A stretch of 61,320 bases of DNA, taken from positions 1 through 61,320 of the forward strand of contig JAGCAH010000156.1 of assembly GCA_017652805.1 (NCBI GenBank), read 5' to 3'. The DNA comes from Thermoguttaceae bacterium. Lineage in GTDB: Bacteria; Planctomycetota; Planctomycetia; Pirellulales; Thermoguttaceae. The notes beneath the pieces were generated by a model. It saw only the letters and a program-made list of their open reading frames with translations, did not search any database and was not told where the DNA came from. Shown one piece after another: positions 37,779 to 45,713 of this stretch (position 1 is its first letter; every line of letters starts with the position of its first letter). A program made the position numbers and the translations under genes.

Positions 37779-38966
37779 TCAATACGACTGCCGAATCCGT
37801 TTGAGATTCCACTCGAGCTTTTCGGCGGGGGTCATCTTACTGAAATCGGGATTTGTGTAGCCGGTTTTTTTGTCGGCGGCGCCTTCGGACGGGGAAGAGG
37901 GCTTGACCACGGTCGACTTGGCCTGCGGTTTGGCGTTGTAGCTGTCGCTGGTCGCCATCGACTTCATGTCGTCTTCGAGGGAGCGCTGCGGGCGGATGTT
38001 CAGTTTCTGGAGGTCGCCGTGATACGCTTTGACCGCCTCTTCCGGACCGATCTGACCGTCGGCGATCGCCCGCAGATAGGTGATAAAGGTGAGCTGGTGT
38101 TCGGCGTTGTTGATCTTTCGGCCGTAGAGCGCGACGCGCGCGCCGTATTTTTTAGCGTCGTGGAGCATCTTAAACGCGTCGTAGGTCGTTCCCGCCGAGC
38201 CCCCCAGGATTCCGACGACCAGCTCGCTGTCGTAGCGGACAAGCTCTTCCATTGCCTTCGGTCCGTAGTAGGGGATCTTGAGGAAGATCGGCCGTCCCGC
38301 GCCGGTTACCCCCGCCAGGGCGCGGACGATATGGTTGTTGACGAATCGGGGGATATCTTCGGGGCAGTTCGGCCCGCAGGCGTTCGGACTGAAGACTTCC
38401 AGAAAATGACGAAAGCCTTTCTTTTCGGCTTCGAGACGGAACTCGTTATAGGCCAGGAGCGATTTGAAATCGGCGTCGAGGTCGTTGTTGAACGTTATCG
38501 AGTAGAGCCCCAGATCGGCGCCCCGGCCGGCGGCGCGTTCCTCGGGGGTACATTCGGCTTTTCCGCAGAGGGCGTGGTCGATCGTCGCGGTTCGGAAGGG
38601 GCGGGAGGGGAGCGTCCCGTAGATCGCGCCGGTTCCGGCCAGCCAGATATCGGTCGCGTCGTTGGCGCGGATGGCCGGTGTGATCGGCGAGTTGACAAAG
38701 AGCCCTTCGCGCAGGGCGAGAACCTCGTTGGTCGAGGCGCTCATCAGCATGATGTCGATCAGTCCCTGGGCGATGATCTCGCGGCACTGCTGCCGGAGTT
38801 GGTCGAGCGTCTTGAACTTCGCCTCGCCGCCGTACTGCTCGGGGCTTCTTCCCGGGGCGGCCAGCCCGTAGGCCATATCGGGGTCTTTGGCGTCGGCGAG
38901 GATAAAGTCGTTGCAGCTCCGATCCTGCAGAATCCGCGCCAGTTTGACATCAAGAGTTTTTTGCAT
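37779..38966 (-). CDS. Class I aldolase-like TIM-barrel protein (FbaB/LacD-like pattern), specificity unknown
   Basis: First ATG at 38966 (the track TTG is at 39023). Motif order 'FILADAKD' ... 'FLEVF' ... 'IFLKIPYYG' (candidate Schiff-base Lys) ... 'VVGILGGSAG' ... 'ALYGRKINN' resembles DhnA/LacD-type aldolases. The functional call is tentative. ~70-aa hydrophilic C-terminal extension. Confidence 0.55.
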   Translation of the reverse strand: MQKTLDVKLARILQDRSCNDFILADAKDPDMAYGLAAPGRSPEQYGGEAKFKTLDQLRQQCREIIAQGLIDIMLMSASTNEVLALREGLFVNSPITPAIRANDATDIWLAGTGAIYGTLPSRPFRTATIDHALCGKAECTPEERAAGRGADLGLYSITFNNDLDADFKSLLAYNEFRLEAEKKGFRHFLEVFSPNACGPNCPEDIPRFVNNHIVRALAGVTGAGRPIFLKIPYYGPKAMEELVRYDSELVVGILGGSAGTTYDAFKMLHDAKKYGARVALYGRKINNAEHQLTFITYLRAIADGQIGPEEAVKAYHGDLQKLNIRPQRSLEDDMKSMATSDSYNAKPQAKSTVVKPSSPSEGAADKKTGYTNPDFSKMTPAEKLEWNLKRIRQSY

Positions 38967-39325
38967 CGGTCTGATTCGTTTTTTTAGGGAAGGAAGTTTG
39001 TTTGGAGATTCAAAAACACCCAAGACCCGCTTTTCGCCGTCGGCGGGGAGAGCGGAGCTTCCCCCTCGGCGATCTGTGCCGTCAGGGGAGAATACCCCGT
39101 TTCATTATCGCGCCGCGCGCCGCGCGCCTTGAACTAAACTCCGCAGAGTCTCTTATCTGTTATAGTATACCCTTTTTAACTGATACGTCCAGATTTTCCT
39201 ATTTTGAAAAGGGGAAGACTCGCCTTCCCGACGCCGAAAAGGGGGGATTTCGGACTGGAATTTTTTCATATAATGGGGTAGAATAAGCGCCGGTGGCGTA
39301 TCATTCCTATCGCCCCTTGATAGCT

Positions 39326-40576
39326 ATGCAGAGTCAGTATTTTCGGAAAGAAGTGAAAACCTCGGACGAGACCGCGCCTCGCCGCGTCGCGGTTCTCGGC
39401 GCGACGGGGAGTATCGGCGGGAGCGCGCTGGACGTGATCGCCGCCTCTGGCGGACGACTGACCGCCGCCGTGCTGACCGCGCATCGGCAGACGGCGAAAC
39501 TCGCCGAGCTGACGCGCCGCTTTCACCCCGAAATACTGGTGGTGACCGACCCGGCGGCCGACCGCGCCCCCCTGGCCGAATTGGAACGGACGACGCGGAT
39601 TCTCTACGGACCGGACGGACTCGACGAGGCGGTTTCCGCCCCCGAAATCGACGTCGTCCTGGCGGCGATTGTCGGCGGAGCGGGTCTGCGCGGTTCATGG
39701 CGCGCTCTGGAGACGGGGAAGACGCTCGCCCTGGCGAATAAAGAATCGCTTGTTCTGGCCGGCTCGCTTCTGTTCGATCTGGCGCGGAAAACCGGCGGGC
39801 GGATCCTTCCGGTCGACAGCGAACACAGCGCGATCTGGCAGGCGCTGGCCTCGTGCCGACCCGCCGTCTCGCCTTACGGCGCGTCCGTCGGGTCGGGCGA
39901 ATCGGCGGGGAAGGACCTCGTCCGCCGCCTGATCCTGACCGCCAGCGGAGGACCGTTCCGTAACAAGTCGCTCGACGAACTCGAGCGCGTTACCGTCGCC
40001 GAGGCGCTGGCGCACCCGACCTGGAAGATGGGGAAGAAGATCACGATCGACTCGGCGACGATGATGAACAAGGCGTTTGAAATCATCGAGGCGCGCTGGC
40101 TCTTCGACCTCCCTCCCGAAAAGATCGACGTAATGATTCATCCGCAGTCGATCATTCATTCGATGGTCGAGTTCATCGACGGGGCGGTTCTTGCACAGAT
40201 GGGAACTCCCGATATGCGTCTGCCGATCCAGCTGGCCCTTTTCGGGATGGAGCGCCGCCGATGTCCCTCGCCGTCCCTCGATTGGAGTCTGGCGCGCAGT
40301 CTCGAACTTTTCCCCCCCGACGAAGAACGTTTTCCGGCAATCTCTCTCGGGCGGCGGGTCGCCCGAGACGGCGGGTCGGCCGGCGCGGTGGTCAACGCGG
40401 CCAATGAGGTCGCCGTCGCCGCGTTTCTGGCGGGGAAAATCCCGTTTCACAAAATCACCGGGATCTGTCAATCGATCCTGGACCATCATCAATTCGAACA
40501 GGAGCCGAGCCTCGAGCGACTTTTTGAACTCGACCGTCAGGCTCGTACGGAGACAGAAACATGGATTTCGGATTAA
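39326..40576 (+). CDS. dxr: 1-deoxy-D-xylulose 5-phosphate reductoisomerase
   Basis: ATG 39326 (the track GTG is at 39293). 'VAVLGATGSIGGSALDV', 'LANKESLV', 'PVDSEHSAIWQ', 'HPTWKMGKKITIDSATMMNKAFE'. Confidence 0.95.
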   Translation: MQSQYFRKEVKTSDETAPRRVAVLGATGSIGGSALDVIAASGGRLTAAVLTAHRQTAKLAELTRRFHPEILVVTDPAADRAPLAELERTTRILYGPDGLDEAVSAPEIDVVLAAIVGGAGLRGSWRALETGKTLALANKESLVLAGSLLFDLARKTGGRILPVDSEHSAIWQALASCRPAVSPYGASVGSGESAGKDLVRRLILTASGGPFRNKSLDELERVTVAEALAHPTWKMGKKITIDSATMMNKAFEIIEARWLFDLPPEKIDVMIHPQSIIHSMVEFIDGAVLAQMGTPDMRLPIQLALFGMERRRCPSPSLDWSLARSLELFPPDEERFPAISLGRRVARDGGSAGAVVNAANEVAVAAFLAGKIPFHKITGICQSILDHHQFEQEPSLERLFELDRQARTETETWISD

Positions 40577-42789
40577 CCCTCTGGGCCGCCGCGGGCGACG
40601 CGGGTCTGCATCATATTCTTCTGGTGATCTGGCGGATCGTTCTGGTTCTGATCGGGGTGAACGCGCTGATCATCGTGCACGAGTTCGGGCATTTCATCGT
40701 CGCACGGATGTGCGGGGTCCGGTGCGAAAAGTTTTATATCTGGTTCGACGCGTATGACTTCCGCTTCTTCCGGTTCAAGATCGGTCAGACCGAATACGGG
40801 CTCGGCTGGGTGCCGCTGGGGGGATATGTCAAGATGCTCGGGCAGGAAGACAATCCCAGCGGAATCAAAAACGAGATCGAACGCGCCAGACTCGAAGCCG
40901 AGACGGCCGAGGGAGCCGACGCCGAAAAGGCGCGCCAGCGTCTGGCCGAGCAGGAGAAGTACCAGGAAGAGGTTTACGCTCCCGACAGCTATCTTTCGAA
41001 GAACGTCTTCCAGAGGATGGCGATCATTTCGGCGGGGGTGATCATGAATATCCTCTTCGCGGTCCTCTGCGCCGCGTGGGCCTATTCGATCGGATTCCCC
41101 GAACCGACCAGCCGGATCGGTCAGGTCTTTCCCGATTCCCCGGCCTGGAAGACCGGCCTCCTGCCGGGGGATCTGATCACCGCCATCGACGGAAAACCGT
41201 GCTATCTCTTTTCTGATATCCGCCTGGCGATGCTCGACCGGAAAGAGGTGACCCTCACGATCGAGCGGAGTCTCAGCGGCGGGGCCGAGACGATCGAAAA
41301 GCGGATTACCCCGACGATGTCGAAGAACCAGCTGACCCCGACGATCGGAGTCTATCCCTCCCCGTCGCTTTTGATCGCCGAGGGGGGGGCGGCGCCGCTC
41401 CTTCTCGATTCCGCCGAACGTGAGAAGGCCGCCGCGCTGACCGAAAAAATTCTTCCCGGCGCGCGTCTTTCGGCGATCGGCGGCGAGCCGGTCGATACCC
41501 CCGCCGACTACCAGCGTCTGGCACGCAAAACGGTCGCCTCGTCCGCCGTTTATGAATTTACCCTCCCCGCAGGGAAATCGTCCGACGGGAGCGAAAAGGT
41601 GTCGGTCGAACTTCCCCCGAAATCGTTTGCCGAGACGGGAATCCGTTTCGCCATGGGGGGGGTCACCGCGGTTGCCGAGGGTTCCCCCGCCGCGGCCGCC
41701 GGTTTGCGCGACGCCGATGTTGACGAGTCGGGGACGGTCGTCGAAAACGGCGACGTGATACTGGCGGTGAACAACGAGCCGGTTCTCGACCCGATCCTCT
41801 TTCCCTATCAGATTCATCGCCTGGCGGTTAAAGGGGGGGGAAGCGCCGATATCGTCCTGACCGTTCGGCGGAACGGGGGCGACGTCGATCTGCCGATGAC
41901 GATCACCGCCTCGGACGGCTATACAGATCTTGTCTCGTTTAACGGACGGATGGCGTCCGAAGAACTCGGCATCTCGTACATGGTTCGTCCTTTCGTGACG
42001 GGAACCGATTCCTCGGTTCGGTTCGACGGGGCGGCAAGCCCGATCGGACTGAGAATCGCCTCGGTCGAGGTCGGTCTTCCTGCGCCGGGGAAGGGTGATC
42101 CCGCCCGACCGATCTACGAGTCGCTTTTGAAACTCGGCAAACCTCTTCCGTCGGGCGGGTTCCTCTATGAGATCCCCGACAAACCCGAAGAGGCCAACAC
42201 GCGGGTTCTCGACTTCTTTACCGACTACGTCAACTACCTGCCGACCGGCACCCCGCTGGTGATACACACGGGAATCGGTCCCGATCCGAAGACAACCCTC
42301 GAAACGACGGTGACCCGGCCGGGGAACGCTTTCCTGATCGACCGCGATCTGAACTTCGAAGTGAGCGAGACGCGTATTGCACGTGCCGAGACGTTTGGTG
42401 CGGCGCTTGCCAGCGGATGGGCGAAGACGGTCGACTCGATGGGGGCGATCTACCGGCAGCTGATCAATATCGGCCGGAATGTTTCGGCCAAGGCGTTCGG
42501 CGGCCCGGTGATGATCGTCGATATCGCCTACAAGGCGACCGGCTCGCATGACGGAACGTTCCTTCTTTTCCTCTGCCTGATCAGCGCCAACCTGGCGGTG
42601 GTCAACATTCTGCCGATTCCGGTTCTGGACGGCGGGCATCTCCTCTTTTTGATTTACGAGCTGATCTTCCGCAAACGGCCGAACGAAGCGGTGCAGATCA
42701 CGCTTAGCTACATCGGACTTTTTATCATCCTGGGGCTGATGGTCTGGGTGATCTTCCTCGATATCGCCCGCGTCGTCGGCTGGATGTGA
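40561..42789 (+). CDS. rseP: RIP site-2 metalloprotease RseP (M50 family), enlarged multi-PDZ form
   Basis: 'IIVHEFGHFIVARMCGV' (HExxH in TM1) and 'NLAVVNILPIPVLDGGHL' near the C-terminus. ~742 aa, with several PDZ-like segments ('PAWKTGLLPGDLITAIDG', 'GSPAAAAGLRDADV..GDVILAVNN'). The ATG overlaps the dxr 3' end by 16 nt. Confidence 0.9.
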   Translation: MDFGLTLWAAAGDAGLHHILLVIWRIVLVLIGVNALIIVHEFGHFIVARMCGVRCEKFYIWFDAYDFRFFRFKIGQTEYGLGWVPLGGYVKMLGQEDNPSGIKNEIERARLEAETAEGADAEKARQRLAEQEKYQEEVYAPDSYLSKNVFQRMAIISAGVIMNILFAVLCAAWAYSIGFPEPTSRIGQVFPDSPAWKTGLLPGDLITAIDGKPCYLFSDIRLAMLDRKEVTLTIERSLSGGAETIEKRITPTMSKNQLTPTIGVYPSPSLLIAEGGAAPLLLDSAEREKAAALTEKILPGARLSAIGGEPVDTPADYQRLARKTVASSAVYEFTLPAGKSSDGSEKVSVELPPKSFAETGIRFAMGGVTAVAEGSPAAAAGLRDADVDESGTVVENGDVILAVNNEPVLDPILFPYQIHRLAVKGGGSADIVLTVRRNGGDVDLPMTITASDGYTDLVSFNGRMASEELGISYMVRPFVTGTDSSVRFDGAASPIGLRIASVEVGLPAPGKGDPARPIYESLLKLGKPLPSGGFLYEIPDKPEEANTRVLDFFTDYVNYLPTGTPLVIHTGIGPDPKTTLETTVTRPGNAFLIDRDLNFEVSETRIARAETFGAALASGWAKTVDSMGAIYRQLINIGRNVSAKAFGGPVMIVDIAYKATGSHDGTFLLFLCLISANLAVVNILPIPVLDGGHLLFLIYELIFRKRPNEAVQITLSYIGLFIILGLMVWVIFLDIARVVGWM

Positions 42790-43002
42790 CCGAATGCCGC
42801 ACGGGACGGGACGCCGGGAGGCGTTCTTCCCGTGAAAGCGGGAAAAATGACGCACGGGGTTCGGAAACGAGCCTTATTGAAATGAACCGTCTCGTTTGTC
42901 AGACTTCCGGTAATTGGCCGGAAGAGGGCGCGTTCGGTTTTGCGGAAAGTTTTCCGAAGGCGCTCTGTCGGTTCGGGGGTCTTTTGTCAAGGGATACGTA
43001 AG

Positions 43003-44085
43003 ATGGTCGCACGGCGGTTCGTCGCTTTCCTTTTGCTGTTTGCCGTTTCGCAGTTCCCGCTGGTTCTTGCTTCGGTGATCCACGAGTGGGAGACGATTTC
43101 GATTTTTACCTCGATTGATGACAAACGGCTCTCCGAGCCGGTTCGGGTCGAAACTCCCACAGTCAAGCGTCGTGCGATCGCGCTGGGGAAGAGAGCGGGG
43201 GACGTTAAGAAGCTGTCTTACGGCGGAATCAAGTACACGTTCCGCTGGTGCCCCCCCGGGGAATTCACGATGGGAAGTCCCGAAACGGAAAGAGGTCGGA
43301 ACGGGGACGAGGCCTCTCACTCGGTCAGGCTGACGCGCGGGTTCTGGCTTCTCGATTCGGAAGTGACTCAGGCGATGTGGAAAAGCGTGATGGAGCCGGG
43401 GATCTACGAGAGTGATAAGAAAAACGCCAAGAGAACCGCGAAGCTTTATCGTGTCTGCCCGATGGGGTATATTGGCCTCGACGACGCGCGTCGGTTCTGC
43501 GAAATCTTCGGTGACGAGACGGGATGCGCGGTCGCTCTCCCGACCGAGGCGCAGTGGGAATACGCCTGCCGCGCCGGCACAATCGGCCCGTTTGCCGGGA
43601 CGGGCGTTCCGGCCGAGATGGGGTGGTCGGCCGAACGAACAGAAAATGAAGACGGGGTGAATCCGATCGGCGTACACCGGGTTAAAACCCGAAAGCCGAA
43701 CGCGTGGGGAATTTATGATATGCACGGGAATCTCAGCGAATGGGTCGCCGACCGTTACGGGGAATATGACCGCCGTTCCCAGATCGATCCGAAAGGCCCG
43801 AGCGAGGGGGAGAAGGGAGTCTGCCGAGGGGGAAGCGTGCTGTGCGAGCCGAACCAGTGCCGTTCGGCGAGCCGTATTTCCCGCGCCGACGGCGACTTTC
43901 GCGACGATACCGGATTCCGGATTGTTCTTCTCCCCGACCCGCCCGAAGGGGAAGAATTCGATCTTCCCGGACCGCCGAAAGGGGAGGCGCCGGGAGGGGC
44001 GGCGTCCGGGGTCTCCGGCGATTCCGACGCATCGGAACCTTCCGATCCGGTCGGCGAACTCATCTTCAAAACAGAGGCCCCGTAA
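43003..44085 (+). CDS. Formylglycine-generating enzyme (SUMF1/FGE) family protein
   Basis: ATG 43003 with a signal/anchor 'MVARRFVAFLLLFAVSQFPLVLA'. 'FRWCPPGEFTMGS', 'LPTEAQWEYACRAGT', 'NAWGIYDMHGNLSEWVADRY', 'RGGS'. Low-complexity C-terminal tail. Confidence 0.9.
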   Translation: MVARRFVAFLLLFAVSQFPLVLASVIHEWETISIFTSIDDKRLSEPVRVETPTVKRRAIALGKRAGDVKKLSYGGIKYTFRWCPPGEFTMGSPETERGRNGDEASHSVRLTRGFWLLDSEVTQAMWKSVMEPGIYESDKKNAKRTAKLYRVCPMGYIGLDDARRFCEIFGDETGCAVALPTEAQWEYACRAGTIGPFAGTGVPAEMGWSAERTENEDGVNPIGVHRVKTRKPNAWGIYDMHGNLSEWVADRYGEYDRRSQIDPKGPSEGEKGVCRGGSVLCEPNQCRSASRISRADGDFRDDTGFRIVLLPDPPEGEEFDLPGPPKGEAPGGAASGVSGDSDASEPSDPVGELIFKTEAP

Positions 44086-44106
44086 CGGAGTCGGTCTCCG
44101 TTTTAT
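44084..44106 (+). terminator. Intrinsic terminator after the FGE-family gene
   Basis: AACGGAG-TCGGT-CTCCGTT followed by TTTA; it overlaps the TAA stop. A second hairpin, GCGCCGC (44114-44120) / GCGGCGC (44139-44145) followed by TTTTTTT (44146-44152), lies just downstream. Confidence 0.55.
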
Positions 44107-44357
44107 CGATCCCGCGCCGCGCGTTTGTTCTCTCCCGAGCGGCGCTTTTTTTGTCAGCGGGAATCCCCCTATTGGGTTCCCGCGCGCAGAAAAAATTTTT
44201 CCCTTTTTTCAATTTTTTTGAGGAACTATTCTTTTCGTTTCGTATTAAACAGAGCGGACGGACGAAGGGAACGAAAGGTTTCCGAGCCGTCCGAAGGGGC
44301 ATAAAAGAGTCTGCCGCGCAAGCGGTCAACAATGTCAGGAAATGAAGGGGTAAAACA

Positions 44358-44684
44358 ATGCGGAACATCACACTTGGTATTTTGACTTTCGCCGCGCTTT
44401 GCCTCACCGAGTGGGCTTATGCGCAGCCGCCCGGCGGCGGCCGGTATCACCACGACGCTCCGGTGATGAGAGGTCAGGCTCTCCCGCCGCCGATGCATGA
44501 GGCGCCCGGCGCCCCTCACCACGGTTTCGGGCACGACCCGGGGCGTCATCACGCGCCTCCGCCTCCGCCGCCGAGACATCATGCGCCTCCGCCGCCGCCG
44601 AGACATCATGCGCCTCCGCCGCCTCGGCACACATCGTTCCTTCAGGTCGTTCTTCCGTTTCTCTCCTTCGGACTGTACGACTAG
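44358..44684 (+). CDS. Small secreted His/Pro-rich repeat protein
   Basis: ATG 7 nt after 'GAAGGGG'. Signal peptide 'MRNITLGILTFAALCLTEWAYAQ', then 'GRHHAPPPPPPRHHAPPPPPRHHAPPPPRH', then a hydrophobic end 'FLQVVLPFLSFGLYD'. Composition-driven, so coding status is not certain. Confidence 0.5.
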   Translation: MRNITLGILTFAALCLTEWAYAQPPGGGRYHHDAPVMRGQALPPPMHEAPGAPHHGFGHDPGRHHAPPPPPPRHHAPPPPPRHHAPPPPRHTSFLQVVLPFLSFGLYD

Positions 44685-44761
44685 CTGTCTCGGGGAAGGG
44701 GAGGCCCCGACGGGCTTTATCGAAAAGGGTCGCAAACTATATTCATCATCTCTCCGAACGC

Positions 44762-44804
44762 AAGGCGCAGGTTCGTCTCTCCGGAACCCGCGCCTTCTTT
44801 TTTT
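44762..44804. terminator. Putative terminator between the convergent small gene and the MBL gene
   Basis: AAGGCGCaGGTTC (44762-44774) pairs with GAACCcGCGCCTT (44784-44796) with one mismatch, then C-TTTTTTT (44798-44804). Confidence 0.45.
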
Positions 44805-44873
44805 CAGCGCAATTGTCAGCCGCGTCGGGCGGGATAAAATAATGCGGCGGGGAGATTGTTGTGTTTCCCGTTT

Positions 44874-45713
44874 TCAGAAAAGAACCTCGGAAAGAAAATC
44901 GTCCCCCCGCCGTTCTGTCAGGCGGAAAGCGGCGCCGCGCGGGTCGTGGGCGGGGAAGATCGGCGCCGACTCACCGAGGGCGCGCGCCAGGATTTCCGGC
45001 TTGACCCGGCGGCCGGCCATCTGGTCGATGTCGCATGCCGTGCTCCAAAGCTGTTTGGTGTGCCAGCCGGTCGGCGCCAGTTCGCCGACGATATAGACCG
45101 GTCCGGTCTCGGCGGCCAGACGAAAGACCGCGTGTCCGCGCGTGTGTCCGCCGGTCACATAGGCGGTCAGGCCGGGAAGGATCTCCTCTCCGTTTTCAAA
45201 GGCGCGGCTGAGATTCCGCTCGGCGAGGGGGAGGAGGTTTTCCTGCGGGTACGCGCCGCGCAGGGCCGGTTCGGGATCGAGCGCGTCGCTCCATTCGACC
45301 TCCGACGCCCAGCAGAGCGCGTTGGGGAACGCGGGCACGGGCGCGCCGTTTTCTTCGGTCAAAGTCGCTCCCCCGGCGTGGTCGAAATGGAGATGGGTCA
45401 TGACGACGTGGGTGACCTGTTCGGGCCGAACGCCGACTTGGGCCAACGAGGCGAAGATCGGGTTCCCCTCTTCGAGGGCATAGCCGCGCAGATGTTTCGG
45501 GCGTTCCTTTCCGCCGTAACCGGTATCGAAAAGAACAACGTCGTCTTTGCGGCGCGCCAGCAGAACACGGCAGGGGACGCGTACCAGGTTCTCGCCGTCG
45601 GGGGGGAGAACGTTCCGCCAGATTTTTTTCGGCACGATCCCGAAGAACGTCCCGCCGTCGATTGAAAACCATCCTCCCGACAGGGGGGTGATCCGCCACG
45701 CGCTCTTTTTCAC
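44874..45713 (-). CDS. MBL-fold metallo-hydrolase
   Basis: GTG start at 45713 overlaps the upstream gene's stop (GTGA). 'VVMTHLHFDHAGG' (HxHxDH), 'GHTRGH', and downstream Asp/His ligands. 279 aa. Confidence 0.85.
   Translation of the reverse strand: MKKSAWRITPLSGGWFSIDGGTFFGIVPKKIWRNVLPPDGENLVRVPCRVLLARRKDDVVLFDTGYGGKERPKHLRGYALEEGNPIFASLAQVGVRPEQVTHVVMTHLHFDHAGGATLTEENGAPVPAFPNALCWASEVEWSDALDPEPALRGAYPQENLLPLAERNLSRAFENGEEILPGLTAYVTGGHTRGHAVFRLAAETGPVYIVGELAPTGWHTKQLWSTACDIDQMAGRRVKPEILARALGESAPIFPAHDPRGAAFRLTERRGDDFLSEVLF

Noticed and set aside
36261-38987. 908-aa plus-strand ORF spanning two minus-strand genes and their spacer
   Set aside because: It is antisense to the PQQ-propeller and aldolase-like genes, both of which have clear domain signatures. 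The composition is dominated by R/G/D/V/E and there are no motifs. An artefact of low stop-codon frequency.
40573-42855. 760-aa minus-strand ORF
   Set aside because: It is antisense to rseP, which has unambiguous HExxH and LDG motifs. The product is Arg-rich and featureless.
44547-44630. Short 27-30-nt direct repeats as a mini CRISPR or satellite
   Set aside because: The units are contiguous with no spacers and lie in frame within an ORF that has an SD and a signal peptide. They encode the HHAPPPP repeats.
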